DNA from: Gemmatimonadales bacterium
GTDB taxonomy: Bacteria; Gemmatimonadota; Gemmatimonadetes; Gemmatimonadales; GWC2-71-9
Reading direction: 5' to 3'
NCBI GenBank assembly: GCA_044221045.1
Contig: JBGAPX010000001.1
Location: 56,608 to 120,607 of the forward strand
DNA: 64,000 nucleotides
Shown: piece after piece, positions 48,444-56,253 of the stretch
Numbering within the stretch: the first letter of the stretch is position 1
Layout of the letters: each line of letters starts with the position of its first letter
Position numbers and translations under genes: made by a program
The notes under the pieces: generated by a model
Database searches by the model: none
Seen by the model: only the letters and a program-made list of their open reading frames with translations
What the model was told of the DNA's origin: nothing

Positions 48444-49559
48444 TCAGTCCACCAACCGGAGCGGCATGACCAGCGTCAGGTACGCCGCCGGGTCGTTCCA
48501 GCCCACCGGTTCGCAGGTGGCGGCGCGCTCGGGGCCCTTGAAGGTCATGCGCACCTCGTCGGTGGGCATGTACTTCATGATCTCGAGCAGGTAGGCGGCG
48601 TTGGGGCCGATCTCCATGGTCTCGCCGTCGTAGCTCACCGACAGCTCCTCCTGGGCCTCGCCCAGGTCCGGGGTCTGCACCGAGAGCTTGCAGGAGCCGT
48701 TGGCGAGTCCCATGCGGATGCGGTGGGTCTGGTCGCTGGCGACGATGCTCATGCGCTTGAGGGCCGAGGCGAGGGCCGCCTTGTCGGCGGTCATCATCTT
48801 GTCGTTCTCGCGCGGGATCACCTGCTCGTAGTTCGGGTACGGCCCCTCGATGAGCCGGGTGTAGACCTGGGTGGTCGCAGAGCGGAAGCCGAGGTGGTTC
48901 TCGCTCTTGGCGATCTCGAGCTCGTCCTGGTCGCCGAAGAGGCGGCGGATCTGGTCCAGCGCCTTGGGCGGGATGATGAGGTCGGCCTGGCCCTTGCCGA
49001 TGCCGGCGGTGACGGGCACGTCCATCCGGGCCAGCCGGTGGCCGTTGGTGGCCACCATGCGCATCCGCTCGGGCCGGAGCTCCCACAGCACGCCGTTCAG
49101 GATGGGGCGGCTCTCCTCCGTGCTGGCGGCGAACGCGACGTGGGAGACCAGCTTCTGGACGTCGCCGGCCTTGGAGCGCCAGGCGGCGTCGAACTTGACG
49201 GCGGGGAAGGCCGGGAATTCCTCGCGGGGGAGGCCCAGCAGCCGGAACTTGGAGCGGCCGCACTCGATGGTGGCCCGCTGCTCGCCCGAGCTGGTGAGGC
49301 GGATGGCCGCGCTCGGCAGCTCCCGGACGATGTCCGAGAGCTTCTTGGCCGGCAGGGTGATCGCGCCTTCCTGGTCCACGCTGGCCGGCACCGTGGTGCT
49401 GACCGCGATGTCGAGGTCGGTCCCGGAGAGCCGGAGCCCGTCGCCGGTGGCCTCGAGCAGCACGTTCGAGAGCACCGGCAGGGTGGTCTTCGTGGGAATC
49501 GAGGCGGTGACGGCTTGCAGTCCTTCCTGGAACTGCTCCCGCGTGATCGTGAACTTCAT
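48444..49559 (-). CDS. dnaN: DNA polymerase III beta sliding clamp
   Basis: Start MKFTITREQFQEGLQAV inside ORF 48444..49760; 371 aa; ends LVMPLRLVD. Confidence 0.95.
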   Translation of the reverse strand: MKFTITREQFQEGLQAVTASIPTKTTLPVLSNVLLEATGDGLRLSGTDLDIAVSTTVPASVDQEGAITLPAKKLSDIVRELPSAAIRLTSSGEQRATIECGRSKFRLLGLPREEFPAFPAVKFDAAWRSKAGDVQKLVSHVAFAASTEESRPILNGVLWELRPERMRMVATNGHRLARMDVPVTAGIGKGQADLIIPPKALDQIRRLFGDQDELEIAKSENHLGFRSATTQVYTRLIEGPYPNYEQVIPRENDKMMTADKAALASALKRMSIVASDQTHRIRMGLANGSCKLSVQTPDLGEAQEELSVSYDGETMEIGPNAAYLLEIMKYMPTDEVRMTFKGPERAATCEPVGWNDPAAYLTLVMPLRLVD

Positions 49560-49774
49560 CCCGTTCCTCGGCGTGCAAGAAGTACTACTGTTTCCCTGTT
49601 TACTTAAACTAGTAGTAACAGTAGGCGGTGGGGATATGTCGACACCGGCCCCAACTCCGCGCCGCGTCACCGGTTGCCCGGTTCCGGCCCTGTGGACCGG
49701 CTGTGGAGGGCGGGGACGGCATCCGGAGAAGTGCCCAGTTGTCACAGCAACATCTCCCATGTCCGCGTGGACAA
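49560..49774. other. candidate oriC segment (dnaA-dnaN intergenic): AT-rich element plus DnaA-box-like 9-mers
   Basis: AT-rich 49576-49624 (aagaagtactactgtttccctgtttacttaaactagtagtaacagtag, with CTACTGTT/AACAGTAG inverted repeat); TGTGGACCG 49691, TGTGGAG 49702, TTGTCACAG 49739, CGTGGACAA 49766. Confidence 0.5.
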
Positions 49775-51133
49775 CTACTGTGCAATCAGTTCCGTGCGCG
49801 CGCTTTCGATGCGGTCGCGGAAGCTGCGGTCGCGGGCCATCTGGCGCTGGACCTTGTCCACGCTGTGGATCACCGTGGAGTGGTCGCGCCCGCCGAGGCC
49901 TGCCCGATCTCGATCAGCTGCATCTGCAGGATGTCGCGGGCCAGGACATAACGATCCTGGCGCGGCACCAGGAGTCTTGATCGGGCCTTGAGGCGCAACT
50001 GCTCGAGGTCACCCCCAGCGCCAGGCCACGACGTCCTGGATCGGTCGATGGTGGGAAAAGTCGCAGGGTGGCCGCGAGGTCGTCCCAGGCGGATCTTGTC
50101 GGCCAGGGCCTCGCAGGCCAGCTCGATCGGCCTCGCGGTGTGAGCAAGCGAAGAGCAGCAGCTTGATGATGCAGCCCTCGGGCTCGGACGTTGGAGCGGA
50201 CGTGCTCGGCGATGAACCGGAGCACGTCGTCCGGGATGGTCATCTCGAGTGGTCCTGCTCCACCAGCTGCCGCGCAGGATGGCGATCCGGTGCTCGAGGT
50301 CGCTGGCCGATGTCGCAAACCCACCATGCCCCACTCGAAGCGGCTCACCAGCCGGGCCTCGGGCCCGGGATCTCGCGCGGGGGGCCGGTCGGAGGTCAGG
50401 ACGATCTGCTTCCCCGCCTCGTACAGGGCGTTGAAGGTGTGGAAGAACTCCTCCTGGGTACCTCGCCCTCGGAAGTGCACGTCGTCCACCCAGGAAGGGT
50501 CGATGTCTGCCGGTAGCGCTTGCTGACTCCCGGCATGGTGCGGCGCGAGATCCCTCGATCCTCATTGATGAACAACCGGCGCTCACGTACAGCACCCAGT
50601 GCCAGGGCTGCGGCGCAGCGCCAATGGCCGTGCGCGATCATGCTGCATCCGGAACAGGTCTTGCCCAGCCCCGGTGGCGCCGTAGATGAACAGGGGTTGT
50701 AGGTCTTGCCCGGGGCCTCGACCGCGGCGTGGGCGGCGCGGCGGCCAACTGGTTCGACTTGCCGATGGCCAGGTCAGGCTGTAGCGCTCGTTGAGCGGCT
50801 GGTTGCTCAGGTTGGACGCCACCAGGCGTAGCCGCCCGACGGGGGCTCGGCGGTTATCCTCCCCTGGGGCCGCCGCTGCCGGTCCTCCTGGACCCGGAAG
50901 GTGACCGTCACGGGCTTCCCCGCCACGGACTCCGCCAGCCGGGAGAGCAGGGCCCCGTGGTTGGTCTCGTTCCACTTGGCCGCGAACTCGTCGGGCACGG
51001 CGATGACCAGCCGGTCGTCCTCGAGGGCGACGGCTTCGGTGGGCTCGAGCCAGGCGCGCACGACCTTGTCGGGTAGCTTCTGCCCGGCTTCGTCGAGGAT
51101 GCGCTTCCAGATGTCTTTGGCGGACTGCTGCAT
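49775..51133 (-). pseudogene. dnaA: chromosomal replication initiator DnaA, reading frame broken at least 10 times
   Basis: Recognisable DnaA blocks are scattered over all three minus frames: MQQSAKDIWKRILDE.. (ORF 50807..51133), LNERY / PLFIYGATG (50583..50975), GTQEEFFHTFNALYEAGKQIVLTSDRPP, ARLVSRFEWGMV (49914..50489), LEHRIAILR, IELACEALADKI (49870..50595), GGRDHSTVIHSVDKVQRQMARDRSFRDRIESARTELIAQ* (short frame ending TAG 49775). Confidence 0.9.
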
Positions 51134-51186
51134 GCCACTCAGGAGAGATGAGGCGTTAGCAAGGGTGGCCGAACGTACGGGCCGGA

Positions 51187-51195
51187 TGTGGAAAA
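51187..51195. promoter_or_regulatory. DnaA-box-like 9-mer TGTGGAAAA (8/9 to TGTGGATAA)
   Basis: Read directly in the divergent dnaA/rpmH intergenic region. Confidence 0.35.
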
Positions 51196-51259
51196 GTCAA
51201 CCTTGACCCGAACGGGGGGTCCTGGCTAGGTTTGCAGGCTCATTTGAGGGGATTTTCCG

Positions 51260-51421
51260 ATGAATCCGTCATACCGTCCGCGCAACAAGCGCCGGGTCGC
51301 GAAGCATGGCTTCCGGGCCCGCATGTCCACCCGCTGGGGCCGCGAGACCCTGTCCCGCCGCCGCAAGAAGGGGCGGAAGCAGCTCGTGGTGAGCATCGGC
51401 TCCAAAGACGGGAGCCGCTGA
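51260..51421 (+). CDS. rpmH: 50S ribosomal protein L34 (53 aa, C-terminally longer than usual)
   Basis: Not in ORF track (<60 aa); translated by hand: [53 protein letters not shown]; canonical HGFRARMST core. Confidence 0.9.
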   Translation: MNPSYRPRNKRRVAKHGFRARMSTRWGRETLSRRRKKGRKQLVVSIGSKDGSR

Positions 51422-51759
51422 CGCCAGGCGAACGGCGGCCGCGGTCGAGCCGCCTCGCGGGCCGGGCCGAACGGCTCCGGTGCCTCGAGCAGGGTCGCCG
51501 GCGCCGGCAGCGCTTGCTGGAGTTCATCTGGATGGACAACATGGTGGGCCACCCACGGATGGGACTGATCGTTCCGAAGTTCCAGTCCACGGCGGTGGCC
51601 CGCAATCGTTTACGGCGGCGCCTGCAGGAGCTGTGGCGCCGGGAGGTCCAGCCCAGGCAGGGCGGGCGGGACCTCCTGATCCGGGCCCGGAAGGAAGCCT
51701 ACGGCGTGCCGTTCCAGACGCTCAGGACCGAGCTGCTGACATGGGTGGGCGGGCTGTGA
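51418..51759 (+). CDS. rnpA: ribonuclease P protein component; start codon unresolved
   Basis: Frame of ORF 51232..51759; conserved [41 protein letters not shown]; no ATG/GTG/TTG in frame between rpmH and the conserved N-terminus (only CTG at 51418). Confidence 0.7.
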   Translation: MTPGERRPRSSRLAGRAERLRCLEQGRRRRQRLLEFIWMDNMVGHPRMGLIVPKFQSTAVARNRLRRRLQELWRREVQPRQGGRDLLIRARKEAYGVPFQTLRTELLTWVGGL

Positions 51760-52070
51760 TGCTCGGCGGCTCGGCGGCTCGGCGACTCGGCGGCTCGGCG
51801 GATCGGCACCTCTTTCCCCGGCCCACCACGCCCCTCGGCTGGCTGCAGGCGCCGCTCACCTGGCTCAGCATCCTCCTCATCCGTCTCTACCAGCTCGTCA
51901 TCTCCCCGGGCCTCCCCTCGAGCTGCCGCTTTGCGCCCAGCTGTTCGGCGTACACGCTCGAGGCGGTGCAGCGCCACGGTGCCCTCCGGGGCATCTGGCT
52001 CGGCGCCCGCCGGCTCGATCGCGCCATCAGCCATGCTCGAGGCGGCCAGTTCCCTGACCCCGACGCATAG
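51759..52070 (+). CDS. yidD: membrane protein insertion efficiency factor YidD, with octamer array in codons 2-17
   Basis: ATG overlaps rnpA stop (TGATG); LIRLYQLVISPGLPSSCRFAPSCSAYTLEAVQRHGALRG; N-terminal LGGSAARRLGGSADRH is encoded by the array. Confidence 0.75.
   Translation: MLGGSAARRLGGSADRHLFPRPTTPLGWLQAPLTWLSILLIRLYQLVISPGLPSSCRFAPSCSAYTLEAVQRHGALRGIWLGARRLDRAISHARGGQFPDPDA
51761..51808. repeat. octamer array (GCTCGGCG x3, ACTCGGCG, GCTCGGCG, GATCGGCA) inside the yidD 5' end
   Basis: Six contiguous 8-nt units = 48 nt = 16 codons. Confidence 0.9.
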
Positions 52071-52175
52071 GCACTCATGGACCGCCGTGTGATCTGGGCG
52101 ATCGGCCTGATGATGATCATCGCCATCGCCCCCACCTTCTTCCTCAAGCCGCCGGCCAAGCCGGTGGTGTAGAAA

Positions 52176-52238
52176 CCGCCGATTCGGCGGCTCAGGCGGC
52201 TCGGTGACTCGACGGCTCGGCGGCTCGGCGACTCGGCC
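52176..52238. repeat. octamer array (7 degenerate GCTCGGCG-type units) starting with palindrome CCGCCGATTCGGCGG, inside yidC right after the TAG
   Basis: TTCGGCGG CTCAGGCG GCTCGGTG ACTCGACG GCTCGGCG GCTCGGCG ACTCGGCC. Confidence 0.85.
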
Positions 52239-52517
52239 GAAGTGCTTGGACGCGACAGCGCGTTCGGGCCCGTCGGCACCGTCGAGGCCGACGGCGCCAT
52301 CCGCCCCGCGGCCGACACGGTCGTGGTCTCGAGCCCGCTCTACCGCTACGAGTTGAGCACCCGCGGCGGCGCCCTGGTGCAGGCCACGCTGGCCCGGTAC
52401 AACGCCCTCGACCCTCGGGAAGGGCAAGCCGGTCGAGCTGCTGACCGCCCCGATCCACCAGCTCGCGATCAACGTGGGGAACGACACCCTGTCGCTGGCC
52501 GAGTGGGACTTCACGGT

Positions 52518-52549
52518 GCTCGGCGGCTCGGCGGCTCGGCGGCTCGAGG
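52518..52549. repeat. octamer array (GCTCGGCG x3, GCTCGAGG) inside the yidC periplasmic domain
   Basis: Encodes VLGGSAARRLEA in the yidC frame. Confidence 0.85.
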
Positions 52550-53780
52550 CGAAGGGGCAGCCCCAGGACCTGGTGCTCACCGGCGGCCGCGGCGGCGCGC
52601 AGGTGGAGCTCACCTACACCTTCCGCCCCGACGACTACCTGATCGGCGTGCGCGGCCGGGTCACCGGCCTCGGGCCGGTGGGCGGGCACCTGCTGATCGA
52701 CATGGGCAGCGGCTTCCGCCAGACCGAGGCCGACAGCGCCGCCAACTACTACGAGTTCGGCCTGGTCACCAAGACCGACGAGTCGAAGCTCACCAAGTTC
52801 TCCTCGCTCAAGCCGCTGGAGCGGCGCACCCTGGAGGGGCCGCTGGAGTGGGCGGCGGTCAAGGCCAAGTACTTCGTGGCCGCGGTGCTGGTGGTGGATT
52901 CCGGCGCGGCCCCGCTCTCCGGCGCCACGGCACAGGCGCTGCCGGCCGCCAAGAAGCCGACCCACGCCGCGGTGACCTTCGGGATGCCCATCGCCGCCGC
53001 CGGCGACTTCCAGTACCGCTTCTACCTGGGCCCGATGGAGTACCCGCGGCTCAAGGCGATCGGTCACGGCTTCTACGACATCAATCCCTACGGCTGGCCC
53101 GGCTTCCGCACCATGATCCGCCCGATCGCGGTGGGCGCGCGGTGGCTGCTGGTGTCCATGCACGAGAACCTGGGCCTGGCCTACGGCATCGTGCTGGTGC
53201 TGTTCGGGGTGCTGATCCGGATCGTGCTGTGGCCGCTCAACCAGAAGGGCATGCGCGCCAGCATCCGGATGCAGGGCCTGCAGCCCGAGATGCAGCGGAT
53301 CCAGGACAAGTACAAGGAAGACCCCGCGCGGATGCAGAAGGAAGTGATGGAGCTGTACAAGCGCGAGGGCGTGAACCCCTTCAGCGGCTGCTGGCCGCTG
53401 CTGCTGCCCTGGCCCATCCTGCTGGCGCTGTTCTTCGTGCTGTCGAACTCGATCGAGCTGCGCGGGCAGGCGTTCCTGTGGCTCCCCGACCTGGCGCTCA
53501 AGGACCCGCTCTACGTCATCCCGGTGGTGATGGGGCTGTCGATGTTCGCGGTGAACAAGGTCGGCATGATGGGCATGCCGCCCAACCCGCAGTCGAAGAT
53601 GATGCTGTACTTCCTGCCGGTGATGATGACGGTGATGTTCCTGAACTTCGCGTCGGGACTCAACCTGTACTACGCGGTGCAGAACCTCGTCAGCATCCCG
53701 CAGCAGTGGTACCTGGCCAAGGAGCGGCTCAAGGCCAAGCCGCCGGAAGTCGGCACGAAGAAGGGCTGACGGCGCGCCGA

Positions 53781-53863
53781 CGGGAAACGGAAAACGGGAA
53801 GCGGGAAGGCACGGAGCTCACCTCGCCTTCCCGCTTCCCTTTTCCCGTTTCCCGGTAGTTTTT
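53781..53863 (+). terminator. intrinsic terminator built from inverted heptamer arrays: 30-nt arms (28/30 paired) + T5
   Basis: CGGGAAACGGAAAACGGGAAGCGGGAAGGC (53781-53810), 14-nt loop, GCCTTCCCGCTTCCCTTTTCCCGTTTCCCG (53825-53854), then GTAGTTTTT; 11 nt after yidC stop. Confidence 0.7.
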
Positions 53864-53878
53864 CCTTCTCCTACGACC

Positions 53879-55188
53879 ATGCTCTCGGACCCCATCGTCG
53901 CCCTCGCCACCCCGCCCGGCCGCTCCGCGCTCGCGGTGATCCGGCTCTCGGGCGCGGGGGCGTTCGGGATCGCGGCGCGGGTCATCCCCGGCTTCCGCGC
54001 CGACCCGCCGCGCACCGCGCATTACGCCGCCTTCCGCGACGCCGCCGGCCAGCTGATCGACCGGGGGATCTACCTGGTGTTCGCCGGCCCGCGCTCCGAG
54101 ACCGGCGAGGACGTGGTGGAGTTCCAGTGCCACGGCGGGCTCGCGGTGCCGGCGCGGCTGGTGGCGGCGATCGAGGCCGCCGGCGCGCGCCCCGCCCACC
54201 CGGGGGAGTTCACCCGCCGCGCGGTGATGCACGGGAAGCTCGACCTGCTCCAGGCCGAGGCGCTGGGCGACCTCATCGATGCCGAGGCGCCGGCGCAGGC
54301 CCGCGCCGCGCTGGTGCAGCTGGAGGGCGGGCTCTCCCGCCGGATCGCGGCGCTCCCCGCGCCGGGCTGGTGGAGCTGCTGGCGCTGCTCGCGTACGACG
54401 TGGACTTCCCCGAGGAAGACGACGGCCCCGTTGCCCGCGACCGGATCGAGGCCGCCCGCGCCACCGTGCTCGCCGGGGTGGAGCAGCTGCTCGGCACCGC
54501 GCCGCTCGCCGACCGGGTGCGCCGCGGCGCGCTGGTGGTGCTGGCCGGCCCGCCCAACGCCGGCAAGTCGTCGCTGTTCAACGCCCTGCTCGGGAGCGAA
54601 CGGGCGCTGGTCACCGAGATCCCCGGCACCACCCGCGACGCCATCGAGGCCCACGTGGAGTTCCACGGCTGGCCCATCCGCCTGGTGGATACCGCCGGCC
54701 TCGGCGAGGCCACCGACCGGCTCGACGCGCTGGGCCAGGCGATGGGCCGGCGATTCGTGGAGGGGGCGGATCTGGTGGTGGAGCTGGGCGGCCTGGCGGT
54801 TCGGCGGCTCGGCGGTTCGGAGGCTGCACCGCTGCTGGTCCGCGCCAAGGCCGACCTGGGTGGCGAGGGGGAGGGGCTCCCGGTGTCGGCGGTGACGGGG
54901 CAGGGGCTCGCGGAGCTCAAGCGCGCCATCGTCGCGCGGCTGTTCCAGTCCGGCGCCGGCTTCGCCGACCTGGAGCCGGCGCTCACCCGCGAGCGGCACC
55001 GGGTGGCGCTCAGTACCGCGCGCGACGCCCTCGCGGCCACCGCCACCCAACTCGGCCCCCGTGGCGAGGCGGTGCTCGCCGCACATCACGTGCAGGAGGC
55101 GGTGCGCGCACTCGATGGCCTGGTGGGAGTGGTGGATGTGGAGGAGGTGCTGGACCGGGTGTTTGCGAGTTTTTGCGTGGGGAAGTAG
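53879..55188 (+). pseudogene. mnmE: tRNA modification GTPase MnmE, single frameshift in the C4 run at 54355-54358 (probable sequence error)
   Basis: N-terminal half in ORF 53879..54895 (MLSDPIVALATPPGRSALAVIRLSG, GKLDLLQAEALGDLI), C-terminal half in ORF 54127..55188 (GPPNAGKSSLFNALLG, DTAGL, ..FCVGK*); total 1310 nt = 437 codons minus 1 nt. Confidence 0.9.
54787..54826. repeat. octamer array (GGCGGCCT GGCGGTTC GGCGGCTC GGCGGTTC GGAGGCTG) inside the mnmE G-domain
   Basis: Encodes ELGGLAVRRLGGSEA between the ADLVV and LLVRAKADL strands. Confidence 0.85.
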
Positions 55189-55198
55189 GCCCGACGGA

Positions 55199-55323
55199 CG
55201 GGAAGCGGGAAACGGGAAGCGGGAAGCGGAACCGCCGATCCCCGCGGCTTTCGCCGGCGCCCGGGAACCCGAGCCGTCTTGCTGAGTAGCGCCCTCTTCC
55301 CGCTTCCCGCTTCCCTTTTCCCG
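55199..55323. repeat. inverted heptamer arrays separated by a 61-nt spacer
   Basis: CGGGAAG CGGGAAA CGGGAAG CGGGAAG CGGAACC (55199-55233) ... CTCTTCC CGCTTCC CGCTTCC CTTTTCC CG (55294-55323); 10 nt after mnmE stop, 9 nt before the next ATG. Confidence 0.9.
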
Positions 55324-55332
55324 TTGGTGCCC

Positions 55333-56124
55333 ATGCGCCTCTCCAGCCTCCACGTCTACCCTGTTAAGTCCTGCGCCGGCCTGAGTCCCTCCAGCTGGCC
55401 GGTAGACGCCCTCGGCTTCCAGTACGACCGCCGCTGGATGGTGACCACGCCGCGAGGGCAGTTCCTGACGCAGCGCGAGGTGCCGGCGCTGGCGCTGGTG
55501 ACGCCGGAGATCCGGCCGCCGCACCTGGTCCTGCGCTTCCCCGGCCTGCCCGACCTGGTGACGGCGCTGGCCCCCATGGGCGGCCGGCCCGTGGCCACGC
55601 AGGTCTGGGACGACCCGCTCCGCGTGGTGGCGCCCGACCACAAGGCCGATGCCTGGTTCTCCGACGTGGTGGAGCAGGAGGCGGTGCTGGCCTGGTTCCC
55701 CGAGACGGTGGTCCGCCCGGTGAACACCGACTGGGCCCCGCGCGGCGGCCGCACCGGCTTCGCCGATGGGTTTCCCTTCCTGCTGGCGGGCGAGGCCTCG
55801 CTGGCCGACCTCAACGCCCGGCTGGCCACGCCGCTCCCCATGAACCGCTTCCGGCCCAACCTGGTGGTGTCAGGCAGCGCGCCCTTCGCCGAGGATGGCT
55901 GGCGCGAGGTCGTGATCGGCGGCATCGCGATGGAGGTGGTGAAGCCCTGCGCCCGCTGCGTGATCACCACCACCGACCAGGCCACCGGCCGGCGCATGGG
56001 CGACGAGCCGCTGCGCACCCTGGCCACGTTCCGACGCCAGGACCAGAAGGTGATGTTCGGGCAGAACGTGGTGCACTATGGGACGGGAACGCTTCAGGTG
56101 GGCGATGAGGTGAGCGTCGGGTAG
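55333..56124 (+). CDS. MOSC domain-containing protein (YcbX-like)
   Basis: Start MRLSSLHVYPVKSCAGL inside ORF 55279..56124; RFRPNLVV, VKPCARCVITTTDQATG. Confidence 0.85.
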   Translation: MRLSSLHVYPVKSCAGLSPSSWPVDALGFQYDRRWMVTTPRGQFLTQREVPALALVTPEIRPPHLVLRFPGLPDLVTALAPMGGRPVATQVWDDPLRVVAPDHKADAWFSDVVEQEAVLAWFPETVVRPVNTDWAPRGGRTGFADGFPFLLAGEASLADLNARLATPLPMNRFRPNLVVSGSAPFAEDGWREVVIGGIAMEVVKPCARCVITTTDQATGRRMGDEPLRTLATFRRQDQKVMFGQNVVHYGTGTLQVGDEVSVG

Positions 56125-56130
56125 ATTGCC

Positions 56131-56218
56131 GGGAAGCGGGAAGCGGGAAGCGGGAAGCGGGAAGCGGGAAGCGGGAAGCGGGAGGCGGCGGACTCCGCTT
56201 CCCGTTTCCCGTTTCCCG
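56131..56218. repeat. (GGGAAGC)x7 + GGGAGGC, short loop, then (GCTTCCC GTTTCCC GTTTCCC)
   Basis: Seven perfect units 56131-56179; partial complementary arm 56194-56218; 6 nt after the MOSC stop. Confidence 0.95.
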
Positions 56219-56253
56219 TCTAGTCTTCACCCAATCTCACCCCAGCGACATCC

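Larger units (their letters stand above)
52077..53769 (+). pseudogene. yidC: membrane insertase YidC, interrupted by in-frame TAG (52170-52172) and a +1 frame change near 52410-52425; intact distal ORF 52474..53769
   Basis: TM1 MDRRVIWAIGLMMIIAIAPTFFLKPPAKPVV* (hand-translated, same frame as ORF 52242..); P1 domain DTVVVSSPLYRYELSTRGGALVQATLARYNAL then KGKPVELLTAPIHQLAIN continues in the frame of ORF 52474..53769 (core LIRIVLWPLNQKGMRAS..MQKEVMELYKREGVNPFSGCWPLL). Confidence 0.85.

Noticed and set aside
51232-51759. 175-aa ORF as the rnpA gene from its TTG at 51232
   Set aside because: Its first ~60 codons overlap rpmH out of frame and are not RnpA-like. Only the distal ~113 codons carry RnpA motifs.
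52170-52172. TAG in yidC as a recoded (pyrrolysine or read-through) sense codon
   Set aside because: TAG is used as an ordinary stop by many genes in the window (sufU 798, sufD 2526, RHS 19072, mnmE 55186, MOSC 56122, speB 57049). No pyl genes are seen.
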